64,000 bases of DNA from a virus, in the IMG/VR virus record IMGVR_UViG_3300027734_000042; one strand, given 5' to 3'. Shown piece after piece: positions 10,020 through 19,621 of the stretch; the stretch's first letter is position 1, and each line of letters opens with the position of its first letter. The translations under genes and the position numbers were made by a program. Under the pieces are notes generated by a model that worked only from the letters and a program-made list of their open reading frames with translations, was not told where the DNA came from and searched no databases.

Positions 10020-10718
10020 ATGAGAAGAATCCTCGGATGGAGCGAGTTTAAATTATTTGAACAAGTTTATTTAGATAAAGACGAGCCAAAAGGAAATAGT
10101 ATATCGGAAGATGCTTTTAAAAAAATGAGGCTTTGTTGCTTCGATATTATGGGTAAATATCCATTCTTCAGAAAACTTCTTTCCGATTTAGTAATCAGAG
10201 AAAATCGAAATTTGCCATATAAGACGATGGCAACAGATGGTGTTAGCATACACTATGATCCAGGGTTTGTTTTAGCAAAAACCGAGGGCGAAATTATATT
10301 CGTTATATGCCACGAGATAATGCACAACGTATTATTTCACTTTGCTAGAAAAATGCCAGATCCTCAATTATGGAACGTAGCAGCAGATTACGCTTTAAAT
10401 CAATTATTAGAAGGTGTAGGAACAATGCCTAAAGAAGCTCTTTATCCTGGGTGCGGATACCATCCTGATGATAAGAAATTCGTTAATCTATCGTCTGAAC
10501 AAATTTATGAATGGCTAGTTAAGTCTGGTGCTAAACCACCAGATGAACCTGATGGAGGGGGAGAAGGGGATTCTCCCGATTCTGAAATTGTTATTGGTGA
10601 TGTAATTAGAGATACTAAAACAAATACATATGGTGTTGTAAGATCTATTGATCCATCTACTGGAGAAATTGATTTCGATCCTATATCAGAATCTGATGTA
10701 ACTAAATATTTAAAATAA
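10020..10718 (+). CDS. DUF2201-N-type metallopeptidase (HExxH)
   Basis: YPFF...TMATDG...CHEIMH...WNVAADYALN. Confidence 0.8.
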   Translation: MRRILGWSEFKLFEQVYLDKDEPKGNSISEDAFKKMRLCCFDIMGKYPFFRKLLSDLVIRENRNLPYKTMATDGVSIHYDPGFVLAKTEGEIIFVICHEIMHNVLFHFARKMPDPQLWNVAADYALNQLLEGVGTMPKEALYPGCGYHPDDKKFVNLSSEQIYEWLVKSGAKPPDEPDGGGEGDSPDSEIVIGDVIRDTKTNTYGVVRSIDPSTGEIDFDPISESDVTKYLK

Positions 10719-11765
10719 ATGAAAGCTAAAATTACAGAGGTTAAGAAAATAGTTAGATCTCAAAAAGGACCTGGCTCTGGAGAATCTACTAAGCCACCTA
10801 AAAATACAGAGGGATGGGACGAAGAAGAAGACGAGCCGGGTAATGAAGAGGGTGGAGAAGAAAATGATCCTAACGGGGATTCTAAACCAGGAAAACCCGG
10901 CAAAGATTCAGGTAGTGGAAGAGGTAATGAATTTGAAGAAGTTGATCCTAAAGAACCTGGAGCATCCTATGAAGTTACCCCATGGAAACAGCCATCTGGG
11001 CATACTGTAATAGGTGAAGTATATCCTACCGGATCTCTTGGAGACGGAGAGCCAGGTGACAAAGATCCTGATGCAAAAAAAGATCAATGGAAAGCTGCTA
11101 CAACTGCCGCAGAATCTCAATCGAGAGGTAATATACCTGGTGGTATCAGAGCTGCTTTACAGAGAATGAGAACCGCTGTAGTAGATTGGAGAAAAGAATT
11201 GGAAGTTTTTATAGATGATGCTATTTCTAAAAGTAAATATACTCTTCCTTCCAGAAGATTCCTAGGTGGAGGTAAAGCACAATACGGTTACAAAAGATAC
11301 AAAGAAGATTTCGAATGTGTAGTGGTTGCTATAGATACATCTGGATCTATATCGGATAAGATGGTTGCTCAATTCTTAGGAGAAGCTAAAGCAATAGTTG
11401 ATGCCTATTCGCCACAGGATCTTTATGTTATATTCTGTCACACTGATATCTATAGAGTAGATCATATACAACCAGGTGATCCTATAGATGTAGGAAAGCT
11501 TCAAAGTGGAGGTACCGAATTTTATCCTCCATTTGAATGGACGGAAGAAAATTTATTAGATAAAGGAATAGTACCTTCAGTATTTATTTATTTTACTGAT
11601 GGCGAAGCTACTTTCCCTAATGCTTCTCAATATGGTATAGGTGAGTACGAAGATAAATGTATATGGGTTCTTCTTACGTTTAATGGACAACCATTCAGTA
11701 ACGATATTCCATTTGGTAATAGAATAGATATTACTTTACCCAATAAAGAAGTCACATCCATTTAG
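10719..11765 (+). CDS. vWA domain protein (DUF2201 C-terminal type)
   Basis: VDWRKEL, PSRRF, MIDAS DTSGS, GGTEF, YFTDG. Confidence 0.85.
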   Translation: MKAKITEVKKIVRSQKGPGSGESTKPPKNTEGWDEEEDEPGNEEGGEENDPNGDSKPGKPGKDSGSGRGNEFEEVDPKEPGASYEVTPWKQPSGHTVIGEVYPTGSLGDGEPGDKDPDAKKDQWKAATTAAESQSRGNIPGGIRAALQRMRTAVVDWRKELEVFIDDAISKSKYTLPSRRFLGGGKAQYGYKRYKEDFECVVVAIDTSGSISDKMVAQFLGEAKAIVDAYSPQDLYVIFCHTDIYRVDHIQPGDPIDVGKLQSGGTEFYPPFEWTEENLLDKGIVPSVFIYFTDGEATFPNASQYGIGEYEDKCIWVLLTFNGQPFSNDIPFGNRIDITLPNKEVTSI

Positions 11766-11795
11766 GATATATAAAGAGAAAATAAAAATAAAAAA

Positions 11796-13313
11796 ATGAA
11801 ACGTATTTACAATTTTAATGAGTTTGTTAACGAAGGATACCTTGAAAGAATTGGCTCAAAGATTTCTGGATGGATGCAATCTTTAAAAACAGCAATAAAA
11901 GACGGATTAGTAAGACTAATACCTTCTGGAGCTAAAGCTGGTAAACCTATGGCTGTTGCATTCGACCCTGATAAAGGATCTATCGAGCAACAACTTTTAG
12001 ATTTCTTTGCTGGTACTCCATATGCAGAGATGGCAAACGAGGCTCAAGTTCCTTTAACTTATCCAAAAAGTGAAGACGTTCTTGACGTTAAAGAGCCGGA
12101 ACTTAAGAAGATGATTAAAACTCGTCTTAAAGCAGTATTAAAAGCTGGCGAGGAAGGAAACAATCAAGGTGTATTAGACGTTAAGCCTATTTTTATTTTC
12201 GGAGCACCTGGTATTGGTAAAACCCAAATCGTTGCTCAAGTATGTGACGAACTAGGGAAAGAAATGTACGGTAAGCCACTAAACTTAGCTTTCGTAGATG
12301 GTGAATTTGCAGAACCAGTTGACTTTGCAGGTGTACCTTCAGTGGTAGACGTTTCAAGTCCTTCAGAAGAAGATCCTTACGGAAGAGGTATTACAAGATC
12401 TAACGTATCTGTAAACCTTTTACCTAATGATAATGGTAAAGATAATATGGGTGGAATTCTTTTTATCGATGAGTTAAATCGTATGCCTCAAGAGGTTATT
12501 AAAGTTTTCATGAAACTTGCACAAAGTAGAAGACTTGGACAAACATATCAAATTCCAAGCAAATGGTATATCGTTGCTGCTGGTAACAGAGCGGAAGATG
12601 ACCCAAGAGAAGTTAAAGCAATGGGTACAGCTCTTAGAGATCGTTTCTCTGTTGTTAATTTTGTACCTACCGTTGCTGGCCTAAGAAAATTCATCGAAGG
12701 TGGCAGATTAAAAAATATTGTTATTCCTGAGTTATTAGACTTCTTAGAATTTCAACAAGAATATTTCCATAACCTTGATCCTGCTAAGCAAATGATTAAA
12801 TATCCAACTCCTAGAGCTTGGACAGATGCTGCAATGGGATTAAGAAGAGTTATGGATGAACTTGCTTCTGAGGGTGTAACCGAATTATCAGATAGAGATA
12901 TTATTAGTGCATTTCAAGTAGAAGTTGGATATGATGCTGCTGCAGCATTTTTAGACTTCTATAAAATTGCAAAAGAAATTCCTGTTAAAGATTTGATGCT
13001 TCCGTTCACTAACCCAGAAAGAGCACCTCTTCCTGACGATAAGAAAGATCCTAAGTCTGGAAGACCAAGAGCTGATTATGCACACGCATTACTTTCTGCT
13101 ATTATTAGAAAAAGTAAAGACACCGAATTAACAGCTACTGAAGTATGTAACTTTGCTAACTACTTACAAAGAGTTAATTCTCCAGAATGGGGTAACGCTG
13201 CTATCTCTAACTTATTTAAAGAGCATGCTTACTTGAAAAAAGATGCTAAAGCAATCCAATGTATAGCTCCTCTAGCTGATAAATGGGGATCAGAGCTTGG
13301 AACGGAATTTTAA
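11796..13313 (+). CDS. MoxR-like AAA+ ATPase
   Basis: Walker A GAPGIGKT, Walker B LFIDELNR, AAGN, ALRDRF, PTPRAW. Confidence 0.85.
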   Translation: MKRIYNFNEFVNEGYLERIGSKISGWMQSLKTAIKDGLVRLIPSGAKAGKPMAVAFDPDKGSIEQQLLDFFAGTPYAEMANEAQVPLTYPKSEDVLDVKEPELKKMIKTRLKAVLKAGEEGNNQGVLDVKPIFIFGAPGIGKTQIVAQVCDELGKEMYGKPLNLAFVDGEFAEPVDFAGVPSVVDVSSPSEEDPYGRGITRSNVSVNLLPNDNGKDNMGGILFIDELNRMPQEVIKVFMKLAQSRRLGQTYQIPSKWYIVAAGNRAEDDPREVKAMGTALRDRFSVVNFVPTVAGLRKFIEGGRLKNIVIPELLDFLEFQQEYFHNLDPAKQMIKYPTPRAWTDAAMGLRRVMDELASEGVTELSDRDIISAFQVEVGYDAAAAFLDFYKIAKEIPVKDLMLPFTNPERAPLPDDKKDPKSGRPRADYAHALLSAIIRKSKDTELTATEVCNFANYLQRVNSPEWGNAAISNLFKEHAYLKKDAKAIQCIAPLADKWGSELGTEF

Positions 13314-13316
13314 TTA

Positions 13317-13589
13317 ATGAAAAAATTCAGTGAAATTAAGGAAGGTCATACCTCAAAGTATGACCTTTCTAATAGTAAAAGACTATTAGAAGAAGCCAGA
13401 GACAGGATTAATTCCGTTAGGGAAGAGTTTTCTGCAATGGAGGATACTGATGTAACTGAATTAGAGGAAGCATGGAATCTTATAGATAAATACTATGGTA
13501 ACGTAGTTAGAGGAGAGATATTTAAAAGGAGGAAAAAGAACCAATACATACCTAACACATCCGCTAAAATTCCAGAGAGAGGTTTTTAA
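13317..13589 (+). CDS. hypothetical late protein
   Basis: N-terminus MKKFSEIKE. Confidence 0.6.
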   Translation: MKKFSEIKEGHTSKYDLSNSKRLLEEARDRINSVREEFSAMEDTDVTELEEAWNLIDKYYGNVVRGEIFKRRKKNQYIPNTSAKIPERGF

Positions 13590-13605
13590 TTAAGATATAT
13601 AAAAT

Positions 13606-14139
13606 ATGAAACATATTAAATTATTTGAGCAATTTCTAAACGAAGATGGATACGGTAGAGATTTTTTCGTAAAGAAGAAAGAAGGTAAATTGTCACAATA
13701 TTTCTTCAAGATAGAGGGTGAAGAGGATGAACTAGGATTTGTAGTTAACCTTGGTAAGCTTTCTAGGAATATAACCATCGAATCCGCTGAAAACAGTTAT
13801 GCAGTTCTTTCTGTAGAGCCTATTAGAGAGTCTGTAATGGACGATTATTTAGTTAAAGACTCTGACTTTAAGTCTAGAGAAGATGATGTGTTTATACTTA
13901 CTAAATCCGAGCTTATGAGATTCTATAAGATCGCAGGAGAGTGTATTAAAGATTATTTACAATCTAATCCTAAGGTTTCTATTATTTATGATGAGATGCC
14001 TTTAAATATAGATATGGATTTTGAAGAGTACATGGAGAAAGCTAAATCTTTAATGGATGAATGGAGCTACGATAAGTGGAGTATCCAAGAAGGTCCGGAG
14101 AGCAAAATAGTAATCTATTCTAGAAGAGATCATGATTAA
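13606..14139 (+). CDS. hypothetical late protein, putative capsid-internal
   Basis: GATATATA at 13594; N-terminus MKHIKLFEQFLNE. Confidence 0.7.
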   Translation: MKHIKLFEQFLNEDGYGRDFFVKKKEGKLSQYFFKIEGEEDELGFVVNLGKLSRNITIESAENSYAVLSVEPIRESVMDDYLVKDSDFKSREDDVFILTKSELMRFYKIAGECIKDYLQSNPKVSIIYDEMPLNIDMDFEEYMEKAKSLMDEWSYDKWSIQEGPESKIVIYSRRDHD

Positions 14140-14449
14140 TAAGATTCTTTCATATAACGAATTTATTACGGAATCAAGAATACCTATAGCTTGGGCTAAA
14201 CCTTCTCAAGTAACAACTAAGGTTCTTTCTTTCATAGCAGAGAAAGAAAAGGTTACAAAGAAAGAATTAATGGAATTTCTTGATAGTATACCTGAGGATG
14301 ACTCTGGGAGAAAACCAACTATGGCTTGGGTTAGAAATCAGAAGAAGTATATCCAATACAAAGTTCAAGAGGATTCAGCAAATTATTTTTCTTTGACTAC
14401 TTTAGGAAGGAGAGTTTTAAAATCCTTCAAAATCAATGAAACAAACTAG
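14132..14449 (+). CDS. putative winged-helix protein, capsid-internal candidate
   Basis: N-terminus MINKILSYNEFITE; ends YFSLTTLGRRVL, a wHTH wing-type motif. Confidence 0.5.
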   Translation: MINKILSYNEFITESRIPIAWAKPSQVTTKVLSFIAEKEKVTKKELMEFLDSIPEDDSGRKPTMAWVRNQKKYIQYKVQEDSANYFSLTTLGRRVLKSFKINETN

Positions 14450-14483
14450 GGTTTCATCTCTATGATATAGAAAATATATCAAC

Positions 14484-14663
14484 ATGGAAAATTACGAAAA
14501 AATTAAAGAATTGGTAGCAAGCATGGAAAAAGACATGGAAGCTTTCTACGTAAAAGGTAACAAGTCTGCAGGAACTCGCGTTCGTACAGCTTGTCAAGAT
14601 CTTAAAAAATTAGCTCAAGATTTAAGAGTTAATGTACAAGAAACTAAAAACACTAAAGCCTAA
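14484..14663 (+). CDS. histone H1-like Hc1 family nucleoid protein (missed by the ORF track)
   Basis: Manual translation MENYEKIKELVASMEKDMEAFYVKGNKSAGTRVRTACQDLKKLAQDLRVNVQETKNTKA; GNKxAGTRxR signature. Confidence 0.8.
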   Translation: MENYEKIKELVASMEKDMEAFYVKGNKSAGTRVRTACQDLKKLAQDLRVNVQETKNTKA

Positions 14664-14668
14664 TTACA

Positions 14669-14899
14669 ATGGGATATTACATTTGTAAGGTAAGCTTTTT
14701 CACTGGTGAGGTTTCTAAAAGTACAGGAAAAGCAAAAGCATCAAGGTCTGAAATCTTAGTAGAAGCGGAAGCTGTTACTGAAGCTGAAACAAGATTGCAT
14801 GCCCATCTTGCTGGAGATAATTCAACTGCTCATTTAGATTTCGAAGTTACTTCTGTAGCTCAATCTAAAATTGAATCAGTGGTTCATATCAAAGGATAA
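14669..14899 (+). CDS. DUF4494-like protein (Bacteroidota type)
   Basis: YYICKV...ILVEAEAVTEAE...FEVTSVAQSKIESV. Confidence 0.6.
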   Translation: MGYYICKVSFFTGEVSKSTGKAKASRSEILVEAEAVTEAETRLHAHLAGDNSTAHLDFEVTSVAQSKIESVVHIKG

Positions 14900-14916
14900 G
14901 ATAAACTATTAATTAG

Positions 14917-14954
14917 AAACTCCTGATGGATATATAATCTATCAGGAGTTTTTT
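14917..14954 (+). terminator. intrinsic terminator whose loop holds a late promoter core
   Basis: AAACTCCTGATGGA-TATATAA-TCTATCAGGAGTTT followed by a T run. Confidence 0.75.
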
Positions 14955-14977
14955 GTATACCCTGGTTTAAAGACAAA

Positions 14978-15247
14978 ATGAAAAAGAAAAAATCTTACGA
15001 GACTGGCTCTTACACACCACCAACATCTCCTGTTAAAATACCAAAGGGGGGTAAGGGGTTTGATGTGATTAAAAAATCTATGTCAGAAGAGGAAGCACCA
15101 GAAACTGGTGCATATGAACCACCAGTTTCCCCTGTTAAAATACCTAAAGGTGATACTGGCTTTAATACAGTAAAGAATGGATACAGAAGATTCATTTGGT
15201 CTTGGAAAGAATATATAGGCAAAAAGCCAAAATTCCCTAAAACATAA
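14978..15247 (+). CDS. small protein with a two-copy ETGxYxPPxSPVKIPKG repeat
   Basis: Internal duplication visible in the translation. Confidence 0.65.
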   Translation: MKKKKSYETGSYTPPTSPVKIPKGGKGFDVIKKSMSEEEAPETGAYEPPVSPVKIPKGDTGFNTVKNGYRRFIWSWKEYIGKKPKFPKT

Positions 15248-15248
15248 T

Positions 15249-15611
15249 ATGCCATCAGTATCTAAAACACAACAGAGATTAATGGGTCAGGCTCACGGAG
15301 TACGTAAGTGGATGGACACTAACGGAAAAGAGGGGTTAGATCCTAAAGATATTAAATCAGCTTATAGAGAAACTATTGTTGATATAGCAAAAAGTATGAA
15401 GAAGAAAGCTTTAAAAGATTTTGCTAGTACAGAACATAAAGGATTACCAGAAGAAATTGAGGAAGGATTAGGGGATAAAGGAAATCCTGGAGAAGTACCC
15501 GCAATATATCCTTATCTTAAGCCTGAGTCTAATAAACAAAAGAAAAGAACATTAGCATCGAAGATGCAAAATCTATCAGATTATAGAGAATTTATATCAA
15601 CTAAAAAATAA
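15249..15611 (+). CDS. DUF3008-like protein
   Basis: MPSVSKTQQRLMGQA...DFASTEHKGLPE. Confidence 0.6.
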   Translation: MPSVSKTQQRLMGQAHGVRKWMDTNGKEGLDPKDIKSAYRETIVDIAKSMKKKALKDFASTEHKGLPEEIEEGLGDKGNPGEVPAIYPYLKPESNKQKKRTLASKMQNLSDYREFISTKK

Positions 15612-15616
15612 TTATT

Positions 15617-16087
15617 ATGGAAGAAAAACTAGACGAAGATTGCGGATGTGGGGGAACCACAGATAGCATTAGAAGTTTTACCAATGCTTCTGCATCTAGA
15701 TATGATCAGGATCCTTTAGTGGGAATAAGAGTAAACTTGGTAGACGGAAGATCTGGTAAGGTCGATGATTCTATTAGAAATAATACTGGTGAAGTTATTG
15801 GGTATGTAATAGAGGGAGATAGGGGAACATATAGAGTATTTAAAAATAAAATTGCTGGACCTATTAGTGAAGGAGAAGGTGCAATGGCTTCTTTAACAGC
15901 TACACCGGGGATGGGAAATGTTATACCTCCTGGACCAGGGAGAACAGGATCGGGTGATCAATTTCCTTCATTAGAAGTTGGTACACCGGCTGCTAGAAAG
16001 AAAAAGAAGAAGAAAGATAACAACCCTACAGATACTTCTTTAATGGACTTTAAAACGTTCCTTAGCAGAGGCAAGGGTAACCAATAA
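15617..16087 (+). CDS. hypothetical late protein
   Basis: EDCGC start, TPGMGNVIPP, GSGD, poly-K, ends LMDFKTFL. Confidence 0.65.
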   Translation: MEEKLDEDCGCGGTTDSIRSFTNASASRYDQDPLVGIRVNLVDGRSGKVDDSIRNNTGEVIGYVIEGDRGTYRVFKNKIAGPISEGEGAMASLTATPGMGNVIPPGPGRTGSGDQFPSLEVGTPAARKKKKKKDNNPTDTSLMDFKTFLSRGKGNQ

Positions 16088-16163
16088 GAATCGTTTTCTT
16101 ATTAATTCTAAAAATTTTACAAAATCTAATTAAACTTCTGTGGAAATTTCTTAATTTAGCTTT

Positions 16164-16547
16164 GTGCAAAAATTAAATATAATACAAGAAGAATACAAAG
16201 ATGATCCTTGGAAGGTTCTAGTCTGTTGTATATTATTAAATCAGACCAACAACCGTCAGGTTAGACCTCTGATCTCACATTTCTTTAAAACGTGGCCTAA
16301 TCCAGCATCTATTATTAGAGAAAATCCTATTAATATAAGTGCATTCATTAAGAGTACTGGATTTCAAAATATAAAGGCTCACAGGATTAGGGAATTCTCT
16401 ATAGCATGGGAGATAGGTATAAGAGATCCTAAGAAATTCCCAGGAGTAGGAGAATACGGTAGAGAAGCATGGAGAATATTTGTAGAAGAAGATCTGGATT
16501 TTACGCCGAAGGATAAGAAGCTAAAAATGTATTTGGATTGTATGTAG
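16164..16547 (+). CDS. MBD4-like HhH DNA glycosylase
   Basis: DPWKVLVCCILLNQT, PGVGEYGREAWRIF, PKDKKL. Confidence 0.8.
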   Translation: MQKLNIIQEEYKDDPWKVLVCCILLNQTNNRQVRPLISHFFKTWPNPASIIRENPINISAFIKSTGFQNIKAHRIREFSIAWEIGIRDPKKFPGVGEYGREAWRIFVEEDLDFTPKDKKLKMYLDCM

Positions 16548-16559
16548 AATATATACTAC

Positions 16560-17156
16560 ATGAATCATTTACTAAGGTTTGAAAATTACAAACCAATATA
16601 CGAGAAAATCCAGCCAATCACAGCTAATTGGTTTATAATTGATAGTGAGGGTTCTTTTGAGAAGAAAGAACAATCAGGTTTTTTCGTATTTAATCGTGTT
16701 GGTACTTTCTCGATAATCTATAATAAAAAAGCTTCTGATTCGGAAGAGGCAAGAATAGATTTTTATACATCCAAAGAAAATTCTAAGGACAAAAAAACAA
16801 TCTGTGAATGTAAGATACTAACAAAAAGTGGAGAAGAAAGAACTGTTAGGAGGTTTACTGATATTACCCCAGACAATATTTGGGAGATCGTCACATCATT
16901 CTTTGATTATTGTGATTTAGAGAAATCTGAAAAAGAGGTAACTGATAGATTCTTATTAGGATTTTCTAAAAGTTTAAAAGAGGTTCTAAAATACGAAAGC
17001 AGTGATCAGTTACCCTCAGCATTTAAAACATTCTATAAATTCATTTCTGAATGGGCTAAGAAATCTGATACTAAGATAGAGATTAAAGCTACTAACAACA
17101 ACTACGAACTTTTAGAATTAATTAGGAAATTCATGGACAACTTCAAAAAAGTCTAA
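16560..17156 (+). CDS. hypothetical late protein
   Basis: AATATATA at 16548; N-terminus MNHLLRFENY. Confidence 0.65.
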   Translation: MNHLLRFENYKPIYEKIQPITANWFIIDSEGSFEKKEQSGFFVFNRVGTFSIIYNKKASDSEEARIDFYTSKENSKDKKTICECKILTKSGEERTVRRFTDITPDNIWEIVTSFFDYCDLEKSEKEVTDRFLLGFSKSLKEVLKYESSDQLPSAFKTFYKFISEWAKKSDTKIEIKATNNNYELLELIRKFMDNFKKV

Positions 17157-17458
17157 GCTGATTCTCTCTTTTTTAATTGTGACAGGAAATCCTTCCAAAC
17201 AACTAATCCTTCTTTAATTCCTGCTTTAGGGAATTTGTGAAATTCTGCACGGTGCGACATTATATAAGAAGCTATTATTGCATCTTTAAGTTCTATTTCT
17301 TTCTTATCTAACATCTCCTGTAATCTTCTTACAGATTTTAATGCTTCCTCTCTATTAGAAAACCTTAATCCTCTTGGATATTTTGAATCATTGGAGAAAG
17401 GTTTAATGTCATTAAGATAAACCTGTTCGAAAAGTTTAAAGGTTAGAATTTTTTTCAC
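17153..17458 (-). CDS. hypothetical late protein
   Basis: AATATATA immediately upstream on the minus strand; N-terminus MKKILTFKLFEQ. Confidence 0.65.
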   Translation of the reverse strand: MKKILTFKLFEQVYLNDIKPFSNDSKYPRGLRFSNREEALKSVRRLQEMLDKKEIELKDAIIASYIMSHRAEFHKFPKAGIKEGLVVWKDFLSQLKKRESA

Positions 17459-17522
17459 ATAGTATATATTCTTTACCTAAATAAATCGAAACCTCTTAGT
17501 TGTATTAGTGTAAGATAAGAGT

Positions 17523-18929
17523 ATGATTATTGATATAGAAAATTCAGGTACATCTTTAGTTGTCTCCCATTATACAGAGGAAGGGGACGTAAATTTGTTA
17601 AAACTACAAGTTCCTAAAGCGCTTCAATTCGTCTGGCAAAAAACATCTGCTAGCGATAGATCGAAAGATTCAGAATGGACAACATGGGACGGATTTCCTG
17701 TTAAAAAATCTTCTACATATAAGTTTGATAAGTATAGAGTAGTAGAAATTTTAGAAGCACTAGATCCTGAATTAACCAAGCCTCTTTGGGATTACCAGAC
17801 GCCTAAAAAATACTTCGTCGATATTGAGGTGGAGATGACAGATAACAGAGCAGATTCATTAGACACAGAGAATTCTAAGAATAGAATTCTTTCCATAGGA
17901 ATGGCTTCTTCTCAAGGTAAGGTTCTTGTTATAGGTCTGGAGGATATGAGTCCTGATAGGATATTAAAGATCGAGAAAAGGATTAATGATCATTTTGAAG
18001 GACAAAATGGGGATTGGACTTTTAATTACAGAAAGTTTGAAAGTGAGTTTGATATGCTCTACACTTTTCTTTCTAAATTAGTTCCTAAGATGCCTTTGAT
18101 AACTGGGTGGAATTGGTTTGGTTATGACTGGCCTTATATTATAAACAGAGCTAAGAGATTAGGTATAGATCCTAAGATTGCTTCACCTAGTGGGGTACTT
18201 ATAGGAAAGCATCAAATACCTATGCACGTTTTAATGGTCGATTACCTTGACATTTATAAGAAGTGGGATAGGGTAGTAAAAATCAGAGAGTCTAACTCAT
18301 TAGATTATGTTTCCAATCAAGCTATAGGGATTAAAAAGATTGCTTATAATGGAACATTAAAAGATTTATACGAGTCAGACTTTGAAACGTTCATATTTTA
18401 TAACGCAGTTGACTGTGCTCTTGTACACTATATAGATAAAAGACTTGATACACTTTCTACTTTCTTTAAAATCGCAGAAGTAAGTAGAGTGGAGATCAAT
18501 AGAGCATTATCTCCAGTTTGGACTACTGAGGTTCTTATGCTAAGAAAATTCTTAGAAAGAAAACAGGTAATTGTAAATGAAAGGAAAGAGGAAAATCATG
18601 TTAAATTCGAAGGAGCTTATGTTAAGAAGCCAGAAAAAGGATTATATGAATGGATCGCTTGTTTTGACTTTGCTTCTCTTTATCCTAATACAATGATGCA
18701 ATGGGGTATATCCCCTGAGGTTTATATAGGTAAGAATCTTAAGAACATACCCGAAGGTGCAATTAAAACTTCGTCAGGAGCGGTATTTTATAGTAAGGAA
18801 GGAAGAGAACCTATATTAAGAGAAATATTAAAAGGACTTTACGGGCAAAGAAAAGCAACAAAGAAGAAATATTTCGAATGTGAAAAAGAAATAGAGAAAA
18901 TACAAAAAGTAATTAAAGAAAAATCATAA
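17523..18929 (+). CDS. gp43: family B DNA polymerase, N-terminal half (exonuclease + motif A)
   Basis: Exo I DIE, Exo II GWNWFGYD, Exo III YNAVD, GAYV, motif A DFASLYP; ends in the fingers helix. Confidence 0.9.
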   Translation: MIIDIENSGTSLVVSHYTEEGDVNLLKLQVPKALQFVWQKTSASDRSKDSEWTTWDGFPVKKSSTYKFDKYRVVEILEALDPELTKPLWDYQTPKKYFVDIEVEMTDNRADSLDTENSKNRILSIGMASSQGKVLVIGLEDMSPDRILKIEKRINDHFEGQNGDWTFNYRKFESEFDMLYTFLSKLVPKMPLITGWNWFGYDWPYIINRAKRLGIDPKIASPSGVLIGKHQIPMHVLMVDYLDIYKKWDRVVKIRESNSLDYVSNQAIGIKKIAYNGTLKDLYESDFETFIFYNAVDCALVHYIDKRLDTLSTFFKIAEVSRVEINRALSPVWTTEVLMLRKFLERKQVIVNERKEENHVKFEGAYVKKPEKGLYEWIACFDFASLYPNTMMQWGISPEVYIGKNLKNIPEGAIKTSSGAVFYSKEGREPILREILKGLYGQRKATKKKYFECEKEIEKIQKVIKEKS

Positions 18930-18932
18930 ATT

Positions 18933-19397
18933 ATGGCAAACACAGACAACAAATGTGCGGATCTTCCAGTTGAAGATTTCCACACTGGGGTAAACGATAC
19001 CCTCGGCTTGATTTACAATAAGCAAGCAGAATTACAATCAAGATACGGATTTGATTTTAAGGATTGGACCTTGAAACAAATTGCAGATTTTTGGATGGTT
19101 AACAAACATGCACTAAGTGATGAGTTAAACGAAATGTTTGATGCTCTTGGAGGTGTTAATGATGGTATTGGATCTGCAGGATGGAAATACTGGAAAGGAG
19201 ACAATAAGAAAGCTTCTGAAATGAAGATCTCTGACCTTAGTGAAAATGATAGATTGGAGTTATTCTATGAATGGATTGACGGATTACATTTCTTTATGAA
19301 CTTCGGTATTTCTATGGGAATGACAAGTAAGGATATTGTTAATCTTTATATGGCAAAAAATGCTGAAAATCATGACAGGCAGGAGAGAGGATATTAA
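18933..19397 (+). CDS. dimeric all-alpha dUTPase / gp56-like NTP pyrophosphatase
   Basis: DELNE, WKYWK, EWIDGLHF, KNAENHDRQERGY. Confidence 0.8.
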   Translation: MANTDNKCADLPVEDFHTGVNDTLGLIYNKQAELQSRYGFDFKDWTLKQIADFWMVNKHALSDELNEMFDALGGVNDGIGSAGWKYWKGDNKKASEMKISDLSENDRLELFYEWIDGLHFFMNFGISMGMTSKDIVNLYMAKNAENHDRQERGY

Positions 19398-19418
19398 TAT
19401 ATAGATGACCCAATCATT

Positions 19419-19607
19419 ATGAGCAATATAAAATTTTACACTAATAGACAAATAGCACTACAAATGGCTATGAAGTTACATAAGGAAGGATCAATAACAA
19501 AAAGCGAGATAACAAAAAATGCCGATGAGTTTTATGCTTGGCTTCAGGATGCTCCACAGAAAGATTCAGATAATAAAGAATGGTTGAAAATTAACGAAAT
19601 TAAATAA
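19419..19607 (+). CDS. small hypothetical protein
   Basis: AATATATA upstream; intergenic fit. Confidence 0.55.
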   Translation: MSNIKFYTNRQIALQMAMKLHKEGSITKSEITKNADEFYAWLQDAPQKDSDNKEWLKINEIK

Positions 19608-19621
19608 TATAAATAATTAAG

